Shown: positions 1 to 11,054, numbered from the stretch's first letter. The stretch: DNA of 64,000 nt from an uncultured Acidobacteriota bacterium (GCA_963779415.1 CAVZYA010000001.1:160001-224000); one strand, 5' to 3'. Translations and numbers: made by a program. The notes: generated from the letters alone by a model not told the origin.

Positions 1-1213
1 CGCTTCCCGCGGCGAAATCCGCCGCAGCGAGGGCCGGGACCTCGACGTGAAGGTCGATCCGGTCGAGAAGCGGGCCGGAGATCTTACGGCGGTAGCGTGC
101 GATGTCGCGTTCGGTGCAGCGGCAGGCATGGCGCGGATCCCCGCGGAAGCCGCAGGGACACGGGTTCATCGCGGCCATCAGGAGGAAGCGGGCCGGAAAG
201 CTCCGGGACCCCGCGGCCCGCGCCACCGAGACCACGCCGTCCTCGAGGGGCTCGCGCAGGGCTTCGAGCGCATCGCGCCGGAACTCGGGCAGCTCGTCGA
301 GAAACAGGACACCGAAGTGGGCGAGAGAAAGCTCGCCGGGCTTCGGGTCGGCCCCGCCGCCGGCGAGGGCGACGGCCGAAGCGCCATGATGCGGCGAGCG
401 GAAGGGGCGGTGACGGAGGAGTCCGGATCCGGCGGGCAGCCGGCCGGCGACGCTCCAGACGCGCGTGACCTCGAGCGCCTCCTCGCGGGAAAGCGGCGGA
501 AGGAGGCCGGGAAGCCGCCGGGCGAGCATCGTCTTGCCGGCGCCCGGTGGACCGGACATCAGGATGTTGTGGCCGCCGGCCGCCGCGATCTCGAGGGCGC
601 GGCGCGCGACGGCCTGTCCTCGCACGTCGGAGAGGTCGTACTCGGGCTCGGGAGCGGCGGTGTCGGCGACGCCGGTAGCGTCGAAGACGGGAAGAATCTC
701 GCGGCCACAGACATGCGCGATCGCCGCGCCGAGGTGGGTGACGGGCCGGACGACGACGTTCCCGACCGCGGCGGCTTCGGCGGCGTTCTCGGCGGGGACG
801 AGAAGTTCCGGCCGACCCTGCCGCACGGAATCTTCCGCGACCGCGAGGACGCCGGGAACCGGCCGGAGAGCGCCGTCGAGGGCCAGCTCCCCGAGAAGCG
901 TGACGTGAGCGAGCGGTTCGGCCGGAACGTCGCCGTTCGCCGCGAGAATCGAGAGGGCCGCCGCGAGGTCGAGGGCCGTGCCAGCCTTCGGCAGGTCGGC
1001 CGGGGCGAGGTTCACGACGACGTTCTTTCCGGGGAGCGGAAAGCCGACGTGACGGAGTGCGGCGCGAATCCGCTCGCGGCTCTCCTTCACGGCCATGTCG
1101 GCGAGACCCACGATCGTCAGCCCCGGGAGACCGGCGCCGATGGCGGTCTCGACGATGACGGTCTGCGCGTCGAGTCCGACGACGGCGGCGGAGAACGCTC
1201 TGGCGACGGTCAC
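1..1213 (-). CDS. comM: ComM/YifB family Mg-chelatase-like AAA+ ATPase (3' end runs off the window)
   Basis: Not in the ORF track. Manual minus-strand translation from GTG 1213 gives [17 protein letters not shown]...[19 protein letters not shown]...[12 protein letters not shown]...[23 protein letters not shown]...RPFRSPHH...[11 protein letters not shown]...AAMNPCPCG...[10 protein letters not shown], all YifB/ComM motifs. Confidence 0.93.
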   Translation of the reverse strand, partial: MTVARAFSAAVVGLDAQTVIVETAIGAGLPGLTIVGLADMAVKESRERIRAALRHVGFPLPGKNVVVNLAPADLPKAGTALDLAAALSILAANGDVPAEPLAHVTLLGELALDGALRPVPGVLAVAEDSVRQGRPELLVPAENAAEAAAVGNVVVRPVTHLGAAIAHVCGREILPVFDATGVADTAAPEPEYDLSDVRGQAVARRALEIAAAGGHNILMSGPPGAGKTMLARRLPGLLPPLSREEALEVTRVWSVAGRLPAGSGLLRHRPFRSPHHGASAVALAGGGADPKPGELSLAHFGVLFLDELPEFRRDALEALREPLEDGVVSVARAAGSRSFPARFLLMAAMNPCPCGFRGDPRHACRCTERDIARYRRKISGPLLDRIDLHVEVPALAAADFAAGS

Positions 1214-1275
1214 GGCAGGATGACCGCCGAAGGTTAGCCCAGGAGAGGCTGGCGCGTCAGGGCGACTCCCGGCTT

Positions 1276-3096
1276 CTACTCGCGGCTCTCGCGCGGCACG
1301 AAGAGAGACTGGCCCGCCCGGAGGGTCGCCGAGATCCGGATCTGGTTGAAACGAGCCAGCTCCTCCACCGTGATCCGGAAGCGGGTTGCAATCCGGGTGA
1401 GCGAATCGCCCGCCCGGACGGTATACCGAATGGTCGACGGCTGCGGATCGGGACGGGAGGCGGGAACGGTCTCGAACCCGCCCGCCGGGATGTTGACGCG
1501 GGCCTCGAGTGCCGGAGCGGACGTGCCTGTCGAGACCGACGGGCCCGCGGCGGCGCGAAACGGCGGCACCTCCTCGGGACGGGTGACGGCCGCCGCCGGC
1601 GTCGGAAGCGCCCGGATCTCGCCTTCCCCCTTCGTCGCGGCCGACGCCATTGCCGTGGCCGGAGCCCGGGCCCCCTGTGCTCGCGGGAGACGCGGCGGAA
1701 CGACCAGAACCTGGCCTTTCTTCAGCCGGGCTTTCCGGGGGAGGTCGTTGAAGCTGCAGAGCTCCTCGACGCTCACGCCGGCGCGGGAAGCGACCTTTGC
1801 CACGGTATCGCCCTTCTTCGCGACGATTCTCCGTTCACGGGCCGTGGGGGCCGGCGGAAGGGAGGCGAGACGCGTGACGAGCCGGTCGGCGCTCCCTTCG
1901 GGGATGCGGAGCGGATAGCCCGCGACGCCCGGCGGCGTAACCCGGAGCTTCAGCTCGCTGTTGAGGAGCTGCATCTCCGAAAGGGGCGCGCCGATGGCCT
2001 CGCCGACCCGGGCGAGGTCGACGGAGCGCGGAACCGGGACGACGTCGAACCGGAGCGGCGGGTCCAGAACGACGTCGAACCCGTAGCTCGCCGGGTCCCG
2101 GGAGATGAGGGCTGCGGCGAAGACGAAGGGCACGTACTCCTTCGTCTCGCGCCGGAAGAAGGCGCCGGAGGCGAGCTGCCAGTAGTCCGTGGCGCCGAGG
2201 CGCTGGAGACCTTTCAGGATCTTCCCCTCGCCGGCGTCGTACGCGGCCATCGCGAGGTCCCAGTCCCCGAACATCTCGTAGAGGTCCCGGAGGTAGCGCG
2301 CGGCCGCGCGCGTCGACTTCTCGGGATCGCTCCGCTCGTCGACGTACGACGTCCTCCGGAGGCCGTAGCGGCGGGCGGTCCCGTCGATGAACTGCCAGAA
2401 GCCGTGAGCCCGTGCTCGCGAGTGCGCGTTCGCCTTGAACGCCGACTCGATCATCGACATGTAGACGAGGTCCTCCGGGAGCCCTTCTTCGCGGAAGATC
2501 GCCTTCATCATCGGGAGGTAGCGTCCGCTCCGCTTGAGAGCGCCGGCAAATGCCTGTGGCGAGCGGAACTGGTAGAAGGCGACCGCGCGGAGGACGGAGT
2601 CGTTGACGACCACCGGAATGTCGAACGTCGCCCGGTGCGGGGCCGTCGTCACCTCGCGCTTGGCTCGCTCGACCTGGGCGGCCGTGGGAGCCGGGGCGTT
2701 CTCGGTCGCGAGGAGCGTGTCCTGCGTGTCCTCGACGGGCGGCCTCTCCGAGAGCTGCGGATCGGAGAGATTCTCGTAGAAGACGACCCCCTGCCAGAGC
2801 TGCTCGGCGAAAGCGGCATCCTCCGGGTCGCCGGAGCGCGCCGCGGCCTGGAATGTCTCGAGCGCGGAATGGAATTCGAGGTGCGCGCACTCGGCGTCGC
2901 CGGCGAGGGCGAACGCCTTTCCCCTCCGGAACTGCTCGGTGGCGCTCTCCCGGGCCGAAGGCGGGGCCGGTGCCGCGGGGGCCGGCTCGGGAGGGGGAGG
3001 GGCGGAAACGGCCGGCGCCGGCGTGGACGAGCAGCCGGAAAAGGCCGCGAAGGCCAATGCGAGACAAACCACCCCTGCGGCGCGCTTCACCGACAT
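1276..3096 (-). CDS. MltD-like lytic murein transglycosylase lipoprotein with two LysM domains
   Basis: Lipobox FSGC; SLT core MIESAF...GFWQF...AAYDAGEG...ETKEYVP; LysM-like segments [10 protein letters not shown] and [13 protein letters not shown]. Confidence 0.9.
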   Translation of the reverse strand: MSVKRAAGVVCLALAFAAFSGCSSTPAPAVSAPPPPEPAPAAPAPPSARESATEQFRRGKAFALAGDAECAHLEFHSALETFQAAARSGDPEDAAFAEQLWQGVVFYENLSDPQLSERPPVEDTQDTLLATENAPAPTAAQVERAKREVTTAPHRATFDIPVVVNDSVLRAVAFYQFRSPQAFAGALKRSGRYLPMMKAIFREEGLPEDLVYMSMIESAFKANAHSRARAHGFWQFIDGTARRYGLRRTSYVDERSDPEKSTRAAARYLRDLYEMFGDWDLAMAAYDAGEGKILKGLQRLGATDYWQLASGAFFRRETKEYVPFVFAAALISRDPASYGFDVVLDPPLRFDVVPVPRSVDLARVGEAIGAPLSEMQLLNSELKLRVTPPGVAGYPLRIPEGSADRLVTRLASLPPAPTARERRIVAKKGDTVAKVASRAGVSVEELCSFNDLPRKARLKKGQVLVVPPRLPRAQGARAPATAMASAATKGEGEIRALPTPAAAVTRPEEVPPFRAAAGPSVSTGTSAPALEARVNIPAGGFETVPASRPDPQPSTIRYTVRAGDSLTRIATRFRITVEELARFNQIRISATLRAGQSLFVPRESRE

Positions 3097-3108
3097 CGCT
3101 CCCTTCCT

Positions 3109-3137
3109 ATGAAAAAGGGAGGAAGCCGTCTGGTCAA
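3109..3137 (-). promoter_or_regulatory. Putative sigma70 promoter for the MltD-like gene
   Basis: Minus strand TTGACC-17 nt-TTTCAT, followed by SD-like AGGAAGGGAG and ATG at 3096. Confidence 0.5.
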
Positions 3138-3165
3138 GCGAAATCCGCCGTGCGAGCGATTTCGG

Positions 3166-4464
3166 TCACTTTCCGTGGATGTTGAACTTGAGCGCGAGGA
3201 GGAGCTTCTGGACGTCCTTGAGGCTCGAAAGCTCGACGGAAACCGTCGTCCCCTCCCCGAGGTTGCCGCCGCTGTCGTCCTGGAACCGAAGCGTCACGGT
3301 CGCACGGCGGCTTCGTCCGAGCTCCTCGCGCGGCAGCGCCACCTCGAACGACTGGGCGATGTCCTTCCGATGGTTCCGGCCCCCGAAGAGGATGTCGTCG
3401 AGATTCAGGGACGCTGAGCTTCGCGGCCGCGGCTCGTGGTCGGGAAGGGGACTTTTCTGCGTCGAGATCTTCCGGAGCTTTTCGAGCTCCGAGAGAATGT
3501 CGACGCTCGACCGGACCCTCACGTGCCGGACGGCGGTCTCGGCGGGGAGCGGCGTGTCCACGGGCTTCACCTCGGCGAACCGGACGTCGGACCCCATCTC
3601 CTCGAGGGGCTGAAGGGGCGGCGGCTTCATCGCCTCGAAAAACGGAGCCGGCGCCGGTCCGGAGGGCTCCGGAGCTCTTGCCCCGGCGCTCGGGGCCGGG
3701 CCGTCGTGGGCCTTCTGGAACTCGTGGAAGCGCGCGAGGCGCCGGAGCGTCGAGTCGGACGGCGAGGACCGGCGATCGTCGGACGGTGCCGCGGCCGGAG
3801 CGGCGACCGAGGCGGGGATCGGCGTCGCAAAGGCGGGAATGGTGGCGCCGGAGAAAGGCTTCCTTCCCTCCATGGTCATCTTCGACTTCAGGGACCTGAG
3901 CGTCACCTTAGAGATCGCCTTGAGCGTCTCGAAGACGCCCGGGCCGTTCGTGGCCGAGGCCTCGTACCATTCGATCGACCGGTCCTGATTGAGAACGTCG
4001 TTCATCTCGTCGACGGTCAGGATGTTCGGGAGGTCCCGCTTGTTGTACTGGAAGACGAGGGGGATCCCCTCGAGAGTCACGCCGATTTCGGCAAGGTTTT
4101 CCCTGAGATTTCGAAGGCTCTCCCGATTCGGCTCGCCCATGGGCCGCTGGGAGTCGGCGACGAAGACGATTCCGTCCACGCCCTTGAGAACGAGCTTCCG
4201 GGTCGTGTTGTAGAAGACCTGTCCCGGAACGGTGTAGAGCTGGAGGCGCGTCTTGAATCCGCTGATGATGCCGACGTCGAGCGGGAGGAGGTCGAAGAAG
4301 AGGGTCCGGTCGGTCTCCGTCTCGAGGGAGACCATCTCCCCCCGCGAGCCCGGGGCGGTGCGCCCGTAGATGTAGTGGAGATTGGTGGTCTTTCCGCACA
4401 GACCCGGACCGTAGTAGACGATCTTCGCGGCCATCTGCATCGTGGCGTAGTTGAAGAAGACCAT
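3166..4464 (-). CDS. mglA: MglA-family small GTPase with long C-terminal extension
   Basis: KIVYYGPGLCGKTTNL (G1), DRTLFFD, LYTVPGQVFYN, QYNKRD (G4), EASA (G5); about 230 extra residues follow the G domain. Confidence 0.88.
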   Translation of the reverse strand: MVFFNYATMQMAAKIVYYGPGLCGKTTNLHYIYGRTAPGSRGEMVSLETETDRTLFFDLLPLDVGIISGFKTRLQLYTVPGQVFYNTTRKLVLKGVDGIVFVADSQRPMGEPNRESLRNLRENLAEIGVTLEGIPLVFQYNKRDLPNILTVDEMNDVLNQDRSIEWYEASATNGPGVFETLKAISKVTLRSLKSKMTMEGRKPFSGATIPAFATPIPASVAAPAAAPSDDRRSSPSDSTLRRLARFHEFQKAHDGPAPSAGARAPEPSGPAPAPFFEAMKPPPLQPLEEMGSDVRFAEVKPVDTPLPAETAVRHVRVRSSVDILSELEKLRKISTQKSPLPDHEPRPRSSASLNLDDILFGGRNHRKDIAQSFEVALPREELGRSRRATVTLRFQDDSGGNLGEGTTVSVELSSLKDVQKLLLALKFNIHGK

Positions 4465-4506
4465 CGTGGGTCCGGTTCCGGGCGCGCTCCGCGGGCGCGT
4501 CGGTCG

Positions 4507-4536
4507 ATGTTAGCACCGGCTCTCTCACGGGGAACC
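4507..4536. promoter_or_regulatory. Degenerate CIRCE-like half site overlapping the extended -10 of the divergent mglA promoter
   Basis: Plus strand TTAGCACCG-N9-CGGGGAACC (consensus TTAGCACTC-N9-GAGTGCTAA); minus strand TGC-TAACAT at 4515..4507. Confidence 0.35.
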
Positions 4537-4598
4537 GCCGCGCCCCGTTTCGGACGGGCGCGGGATAAACTCGGCGGGTCGGGAGGGATGGGCCGACC

Positions 4599-5660
4599 TT
4601 GGCGAATGCCGGAAAGACGCTCGATGAGAGGTCCCGGGAGGTGTTGGGTGCGGTCGTCCGCACTCACATCGGGAGCGGGGCCCCTGTCTCGTCGCGCCAA
4701 CTGACCAGGCTCGGGACCTTCGCCCTGTCGTCGGCGTCCCTCCGGAACCTGATGGCCGATCTCGAAGACCTGGGGTTCCTTACCCACCCGCACGTCTCGT
4801 CGGGACGGGTCCCGACGGATCTCGGATACCGGACGTTCGTGAGCGAGCTGATGGCCACTCGGGCGCCGCGTCCCGAGGACCGGGCGCGGATCGTCTCGGA
4901 GCTCTCCCCGGAGACGTTCGGGATGGACCGGTTCCTGCGCGGCGTCTCGCGGCTCCTCTCCGAGCTGACGGGCGAGGTCGGGGTCGTCGCGCCGCCCCCG
5001 GCGGTCCGCTTCGTCCTCCGGTCGGTCCACTTCTCGCGGGTGGCCGAGCGGAAGATCGTCGTCGTGCAGGTCTCGGAGTCCGGGCTCGTCGAGAGCCGGC
5101 TCATCGAGACGCGGGAGGATTTCCCTCAGTCCGAGCTGGACGCGGCCTCGCGGCGGCTGACGGTCGAGTACGGCGGACGGACGCTTGCCGAGATCCGCCG
5201 GACCCTGCTCGACACGCTCTGCGAGGAGAAGGCGCGTGTCGACGCGGCGCTCCAGCGGACGCTCGAGCTGGGACAGAAGGCCTTCGGCGAGAGCCGCGCT
5301 CCCGACGAAACCGTGATCGTGGAGGGGACCGAGGTACTTTTCTCGAAGCCCGAGTTCCAGCGGGACCTCGAAGCTCTCCGGAAGCTCCTCCGAAGCGTCG
5401 AGGAGAGGGCCCGTCTCGTCCACCTCCTGACGGACTGTCTCTCGGCGCACGGGACCACCGTCGTCATCGGCTCGGAGAACGATTTCACCGGGGAGACCCA
5501 GAGCGCGGTCGTGACGGCGACCTACCGGTGCGGAGAGCATGCGCTGGGCGTCCTCGGAATCATCGGCCCGCGCCGGATGGAGTACGAGCAGGTCGTCCCG
5601 ATCGTCGAGGAGCTGGGGCGTTTCGTGACGTCCCGTCTCACCGAGGAGTGGGGGCCGTGA
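4599..5660 (+). CDS. hrcA: Heat-inducible transcription repressor HrcA
   Basis: PVSSR...SSASLRNLMADLEDLGFLTHPHVSSGRVPTDLGYR and GVLGIIGPRRMEY; lies upstream of grpE-dnaK. Confidence 0.96.
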   Translation: MANAGKTLDERSREVLGAVVRTHIGSGAPVSSRQLTRLGTFALSSASLRNLMADLEDLGFLTHPHVSSGRVPTDLGYRTFVSELMATRAPRPEDRARIVSELSPETFGMDRFLRGVSRLLSELTGEVGVVAPPPAVRFVLRSVHFSRVAERKIVVVQVSESGLVESRLIETREDFPQSELDAASRRLTVEYGGRTLAEIRRTLLDTLCEEKARVDAALQRTLELGQKAFGESRAPDETVIVEGTEVLFSKPEFQRDLEALRKLLRSVEERARLVHLLTDCLSAHGTTVVIGSENDFTGETQSAVVTATYRCGEHALGVLGIIGPRRMEYEQVVPIVEELGRFVTSRLTEEWGP

Positions 5661-6385
5661 AGAAGCCGCCTCAGCCCCCGCCGTCTCCGGACGACGGGGT
5701 CGTCTACATCGAGGACGAAGGCGCCGAGGACCTGGCGAAGGCCCTCGCCGAGGCCGAGCGGGCCGTCGCGGCCGCCGCGGAGAAGCGTCGCCACGTCGAG
5801 GAGGCGACAGCCGCCGCGGCCGCCCCGGTCGCCGCCGCGCCCCCGGAGGCACCGCCGCTCGACGAGAAGCTCCGCGAGATCGCGACGAAGCTCGCCGGGG
5901 CGGAGGAGCGGCTTCTGACCGAGCAGGAGGAGTCCGGCCGGCTGCGGGAAGCCCTTCTCCGCAAGACCGCCGACTTCGAGAACCTGAAGCGGAGGACCGA
6001 ACGCGAAAAGAGCGAGTACTTCCGGTTCGCGCTCGTGGAGGTCTTCTCCGACCTTCTCGGCGTTCTCGACAACTTCGAGCGGGCGCTCCGCCACCTCGTG
6101 AACGGAGACGCCGCGACGGGCTCCGACGTCCACGTCGGGATCGAGATGATCTCGAGGCAGCTCGGAGACGTCCTCCGGAGGAACGGGCTGGCCGAAGTGG
6201 CCGCGCTCGGGCTTCCGTTCGATCCCAACGTGCACGAGGCGGTCGTCCGCGAGGAGTCGCGGGACGCCGAGCCGGGCACGATTCTCGAGGTGCTCCAGAA
6301 GGGCTACCTCCTGAACGACCGGCTCCTTCGGCCGGCGAAAGTCAAGGTCGCGGCTCCGCCGGCGGCCGGAGGCGTGGAGAACTGA
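5657..6385 (+). CDS. grpE: Nucleotide exchange factor GrpE
   Basis: ADFENLKRRTERE, LGVLDNFERAL, FDPNVHEAV, QKGYLLNDRLLRPAKVKV; GTG start overlaps the hrcA stop. Confidence 0.95.
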   Translation: MKKPPQPPPSPDDGVVYIEDEGAEDLAKALAEAERAVAAAAEKRRHVEEATAAAAAPVAAAPPEAPPLDEKLREIATKLAGAEERLLTEQEESGRLREALLRKTADFENLKRRTEREKSEYFRFALVEVFSDLLGVLDNFERALRHLVNGDAATGSDVHVGIEMISRQLGDVLRRNGLAEVAALGLPFDPNVHEAVVREESRDAEPGTILEVLQKGYLLNDRLLRPAKVKVAAPPAAGGVEN

Positions 6386-8209
6386 ATGGCGAAGGTCATC
6401 GGCATCGACCTCGGGACGACGAACTGCTGTGCGGCGGTCGTGGAGGTGGGCTCTCCCCAGGTCATCGCGAACCGCGAGGGAGCGCGGACGACTCCCTCCA
6501 TCGTCGGCTTCACCGAGGACGGCGAGCGCCTCGTCGGACAGATCGCGAAGCGTCAGGCCATCACAAACCCGACGCAGACGATCTACGCCGTCAAGAGGCT
6601 GATCGGACGGAAGTGGGACGACCCCGAGGTGAAGCAGGCCCGGGAGCACCTCTCCTATCAGCTCGCGCCCGCGACGAACGGGGACCTGAAGATCCGGGTC
6701 CGGGACAAGGACTACGCCCCCGAGGAGATTTCCGCCTTTATCCTGCGCGAGATCCGGGAGTTCTGCGAGGAGGCCCTCGGCGAGGAGATCCGCGAGGCGA
6801 TCATCACCGTCCCGGCCTACTTCGACGACTCGCAGCGGCAGGCGACGCGCGACTCGGGGAGGATCGCGGGGCTCGAGGTGCTCCGGATCATCAACGAGCC
6901 GACGGCGGCGTCGCTCGCCTACGGGCTCGAGAAGCAGAAAAAGCAGGAGACGATCGCCGTCTACGACCTCGGCGGCGGCACGTTCGACATCTCGATCCTC
7001 CGGATCGACAGCGGGATGTTCGAGGTCCTGTCGACCTCGGGCGACACGTTTCTCGGCGGCGAGGACTTCGACCGCTGCGTGATGGACTGGCTCCTCGCCG
7101 ACTTCCTCAAGCAGACCGGGATCGACCTCCGGCAAGACCGCCTCGCCCTCCAGCGCCTCAAGGAAGCGGCCGAGAAGGCCAAGTGCGAGCTTTCGAGCGC
7201 GCTCGAGACGACGATCGCCCTGCCGTTCATCGCCTCGGACGCCTCCGGGCCGAAGCACATCAACAAGGTCCTCTCGCGGGACCAGTTCGAGGCCCTCGTG
7301 GCCGAGCTGGTCCAGCGGACCGAGGGGCCGTGCCGGAACGCGCTCGAGGCCGCCGGTCTGAAGCCGGACCAGGTCGACAACATCATCCTCGTCGGCGGGC
7401 AGACCCGCACGCCGATGGTCCAGCGGATGGTGGAGACGATCTTCGGCAAGCCCCCGAACCGCTCGATCAACCCGGACGAGGTCGTCGCGGTCGGCGCCGC
7501 CATCCAGGCGGGCGTCCTCCGCGGCGAGATCAAGGACCTCGTCCTCCTGGACGTCACGCCCCTCTCGCTCGGCATCGAGACCCACGGAGGGATCTTCGTG
7601 AAGCTCATCGAGCGGAACTCGACGATCCCGACGAAGAACACGCAGATCTTCACGACGGTCGCCGACAACCAGACGACGGTCGAGGTCAACGTCCTGCAGG
7701 GCGAGCGCGAGATCGCCAAGGAGAACAAGCCCCTCGGCAAGTTCCAGCTCATCGGAATCCCGGCCGCGGCGAAGGGGGTCCCGCAGATCGAGGTCACCTT
7801 CGCCATCGACTCCTCGGGGATCGTGAACGTCTCGGCGCGCGACCTCGCGACCGGCAAGGCACAGGGGATACAGATCAACCCGGCCGGAGGCCTCTCCCAG
7901 GAGGAGATCGACCGGATCATCTCGGAAGCCGCGTCGAACAAAGCGGCCGACCAGAAGAAGAGGGAGCTGCGCCAGCTGAAGAACAAGCTCGAAGGGATGA
8001 TCGCGGGGAACGACCGGATCTTCCGGGAGTTCGGGAACCTTCTCGCGGCGGACGAGCGGGAACGCGTGGAAAAGACGCTGGGCAACGCACGCGAGGTGAT
8101 GACGGGCGACGAGCGGGGCCCGATCGACGACGCCCTGATCGACATGAAGGGCGTCTCGAAGATCCTCACGCAGGCCATGCTCTACAAGCCCGAGAACCGG
8201 GACGCCTGA
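6386..8209 (+). CDS. dnaK: Chaperone DnaK (Hsp70)
   Basis: GIDLGTTN, TVPAYFDDSQRQAT, IINEPTAA, DLGGGTFD, DLVLLDVTPLSLG. Confidence 0.98.
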   Translation: MAKVIGIDLGTTNCCAAVVEVGSPQVIANREGARTTPSIVGFTEDGERLVGQIAKRQAITNPTQTIYAVKRLIGRKWDDPEVKQAREHLSYQLAPATNGDLKIRVRDKDYAPEEISAFILREIREFCEEALGEEIREAIITVPAYFDDSQRQATRDSGRIAGLEVLRIINEPTAASLAYGLEKQKKQETIAVYDLGGGTFDISILRIDSGMFEVLSTSGDTFLGGEDFDRCVMDWLLADFLKQTGIDLRQDRLALQRLKEAAEKAKCELSSALETTIALPFIASDASGPKHINKVLSRDQFEALVAELVQRTEGPCRNALEAAGLKPDQVDNIILVGGQTRTPMVQRMVETIFGKPPNRSINPDEVVAVGAAIQAGVLRGEIKDLVLLDVTPLSLGIETHGGIFVKLIERNSTIPTKNTQIFTTVADNQTTVEVNVLQGEREIAKENKPLGKFQLIGIPAAAKGVPQIEVTFAIDSSGIVNVSARDLATGKAQGIQINPAGGLSQEEIDRIISEAASNKAADQKKRELRQLKNKLEGMIAGNDRIFREFGNLLAADERERVEKTLGNAREVMTGDERGPIDDALIDMKGVSKILTQAMLYKPENRDA

Positions 8210-8256
8210 TCGCCGGCCTCCCCTGCGCGGGGCGTCGCCGCTAGAATCGCCCGCCC

Positions 8257-9384
8257 GTGAGAAACACCGTGAGTGACTTCTACGAGATCCTCGGCGTTCC
8301 GCGCGACGCGCCGAACGAGGCCATCAAGTCGGCCTACCGCAAGGCGGCCCTGAAGTACCACCCGGACCGGAATCCGGGGAACCACGAGGCCGCGGAGCGC
8401 TTCCGGGAAGCGGCCGAAGCGTACTCGGTCCTCTCGGATCCCGAGAAGCGATCGCATTACGACCGTTTCGGCCCCGACGCGTTCCGCGGCGCCGGGGGAC
8501 CCCGGTTCGACCCGACGAGCTTCGTGGACTTCGCCGACATCCTCGGGGACTTCTTCGGCTTCGGTGGAGGGGGGACGGTCGCGCGCGGCCGCCGCCGGCA
8601 GGGGGAGGACCTCCGCGCCGACGTGCGGCTCACCTTCGAGAAGGCGGCGTTCGGTACGGAGGTCTCCGTGCCGCTCTCGCGCCAGGAAACCTGCGAGACC
8701 TGCGGCGGGCGCGGCGGGAAAGGAGGCGCGGGCGCGACCACCTGCGCGACCTGCCGCGGCCAGGGACAGCTCCAGTTCCGGCAGGGCTTCTTCGCCATGT
8801 CGCGCCCCTGCCCGGAGTGCGAGGGGACGGGGGAGCGGGTGAAGGACCCCTGCCCGGACTGCCGCGGCGAGGGGAGGGTCCTTCGACAGCGGACGCTCAC
8901 CATCCACGTCCCGGCCGGAGTCGACGACGGCGCGCGCCTCCGCCTGACCGGCGAGGGGAACCGGGGACGCGCGGGCGGCCGCCCGGGCGACCTCTACGTC
9001 GTCCTCTCCGTCGCGCCGCACGAATCGTTCCGCCGCGACGGCGCCGACGTGATCCTGACGTGGGCCGTGCCGTTCCACGTGGCGGCGCTCGGCGGACCCG
9101 TCACGGTCCCGACGCTCGAAGGGGACTCGACCTTCGACATCCCCGCCGGGACGGCCGCGGGGCGCGTCTTCAGCCTGAAGGGGAAGGGGATCCCTCGCCT
9201 CGACGGGCGCGGGCGCGGGGACCAGCACGTCCTCGTCACCATCCGCGTCCCGAAGAAGATGAACGCCGCCCAGCGCGACGCGATCCAGCGTCTCGCCTCC
9301 GCCTTCGAGGACGGCGTTTCGGGCGCGCCGACGAAGGACGAGAAGGGGTTCTTCGAGCGGCTGAAGGACTTCCTCTCGGAGTGA
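8257..9384 (+). CDS. dnaJ: Chaperone DnaJ
   Basis: J domain with HPD, G/F region and four CxxCxGxG zinc-finger repeats. Confidence 0.97.
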   Translation: MRNTVSDFYEILGVPRDAPNEAIKSAYRKAALKYHPDRNPGNHEAAERFREAAEAYSVLSDPEKRSHYDRFGPDAFRGAGGPRFDPTSFVDFADILGDFFGFGGGGTVARGRRRQGEDLRADVRLTFEKAAFGTEVSVPLSRQETCETCGGRGGKGGAGATTCATCRGQGQLQFRQGFFAMSRPCPECEGTGERVKDPCPDCRGEGRVLRQRTLTIHVPAGVDDGARLRLTGEGNRGRAGGRPGDLYVVLSVAPHESFRRDGADVILTWAVPFHVAALGGPVTVPTLEGDSTFDIPAGTAAGRVFSLKGKGIPRLDGRGRGDQHVLVTIRVPKKMNAAQRDAIQRLASAFEDGVSGAPTKDEKGFFERLKDFLSE

Positions 9385-10214
9385 GCGGCGCCGTCCGCTT
9401 CGTGGTGCCGGCGGAGAATGCCGGTGACGTCGAAGAGAATCTCTTCGAGGGGTTCGGAGAGATCGCCTTTTCCGCCACGCGCGAGCCTTCCGGCGAACTC
9501 TCGATCTGGGTGGAGGGAGGCGACGCCGCCGGAGCGCGGACGATCCTGGAAGGACTGGGCGCCGCCGGAGTTCCTTCTTTCGAAGAGATCCCCCGGGACT
9601 GGGTGGCCGACGCGGCGGCCTTGCGGACGAGTGTTGTCGTCGGCCGCTATCTTCTCGACCCGCACGACGGCGCTCTGGCGACCGCGCCCGCCCCGGGACA
9701 GATCCGCCTCTCGCTCCCGGCGGCCCGCGCCTTCGGGACCGGCTCGCACGAGTCGACGCGCCTCGCGATCCGTCTCCTCCTTTCCGAGACTCTCGCGGGA
9801 CGGCGCGTCCTCGACGTCGGCTGCGGCGCGGGGACGCTCGCCTTCGTCGCCGCCCTTGAGGGCGCTGCATGGACGATGGCGTTCGACCTCGACGTCGATG
9901 CCGCGCTCGCGACCCGCGAGCACGGGATCGCGAACCGGATCCGCCGCCTCGCCGTCTTCGCCGGGCCTCTCGAGGCGATCCGCCAGGCCGCGCGGTTCGA
10001 CGTGATCGTCGCGAACATGATTCTCGAAGAGGTCGCGCCGCTTCTCCCGGGGCTCCGCTCCCGCCTTTCGCGCCGGGGCCGGCTTCTCAGCTCGGGGCTT
10101 CTCGTCGAGCGAAGGAGGGAATGGGAAGATCTGCTGCGAGAAAAGGACTACCGGATCGTCCGCTCTCTCGCCGAGGGCGAATGGCTGGGGACGGCCGCCG
10201 AATCCGTCGAATGA
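9381..10214 (+). CDS. prmA: Ribosomal protein L11 methyltransferase
   Basis: [31 protein letters not shown]; GTG 9381 overlaps the dnaJ stop; conserved synteny. Confidence 0.9.
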   Translation: MSGAVRFVVPAENAGDVEENLFEGFGEIAFSATREPSGELSIWVEGGDAAGARTILEGLGAAGVPSFEEIPRDWVADAAALRTSVVVGRYLLDPHDGALATAPAPGQIRLSLPAARAFGTGSHESTRLAIRLLLSETLAGRRVLDVGCGAGTLAFVAALEGAAWTMAFDLDVDAALATREHGIANRIRRLAVFAGPLEAIRQAARFDVIVANMILEEVAPLLPGLRSRLSRRGRLLSSGLLVERRREWEDLLREKDYRIVRSLAEGEWLGTAAESVE

Positions 10215-11054
10215 AAGAGACGAAGAACGGAGTGCCACGGACCGAGGCGCCCCGCCCGCCGCGGGTGCTCGTGCCGGACGTGGCGGCGCCTCGGGGCAAG
10301 GCCGAAGAGATCGTTCTTCGAAAGGAAGAGACGGCTCATCTCCGGTCCCGCCGCCTTCGCGACGGGGACGAGGTCATCGTCCTTGACGGAAAGGGCGGCC
10401 GGGGAAACGGGACGATCGCCTCGAGGGGGACGGCGGTACGTCTCCTCTCCTTCGAAGAAAGCCCCGGTCTCCTCTCCCCATCCCCATCCTCATCCGCATC
10501 CTTCTCTTCGCTCCCGGGCGAGCCGGCTCTTCGGGTCACCGTCCTTCTTGCGTGCGCGGAGCCGGCGCGTGTCGAGTGGGCCGTCGAGAAAGGGACCGAG
10601 TGCGGCGCCGCGGCGTTCGTGCTGCTCGCCGCCGGCGCGCTCGCAGCGGGCCCACGTCGCGGCGCTCCGGGCGCGCCTTCCGCGCCTCTCGCGGATCGCG
10701 GCCGAAGCGGCGAAGCAGTGCGACCGGACGATCGTCCCCGAGATCGAGGGACCCGAAGAGATCGGGACTTTTCTTCGAAGGGAAGAAGAGCGGGGGGATG
10801 CGCGGCTCCCGCTTCTGCTGGCCGATCCCTCCGGCGCGCCGCTCGCAAGGACGATCTCCTCGCCGTCCGTCTCCGCGTCCCTGGCCCGCGGACTGGTCCT
10901 CGCGATAGGCCCCGAGGGGGGATTCACGCCGGCGGAGCTCTCCTCATTCGAAGAGTCCGGCGCTCTTCGGTTCTCCCTCGGCCCCCGCATCCTCCGCCTC
11001 GAGACCGCCGTCGTCGCGGCGCTCACCGTCTTGGTCGGTGGGGCGGACCGCTGA
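10211..11054 (+). CDS. rsmE: 16S rRNA m3U1498 methyltransferase RsmE, one frameshift near 10634
   Basis: Frame 1 has HLRSRRLRDGD...EWAVEKGTECG; frame 2 has IAAEAAKQCDR...IGPEGGFT...LGPRILRLETA. One extra base joins them. Confidence 0.88.

Noticed and set aside
47-1237. 396-aa plus-strand ORF
   Set aside because: Antisense shadow of comM, which has all family motifs on the minus strand.
5522-7585. 687-aa minus-strand ORF opposite grpE/dnaK
   Set aside because: Typical antisense shadow of dnaK in GC-rich DNA; no coherent domain.
10478-10501. Four tandem NCATCC hexamers in rsmE
   Set aside because: In-frame Ser/Pro linker expansion; imperfect and not at the frameshift site, so no support for phase variation.
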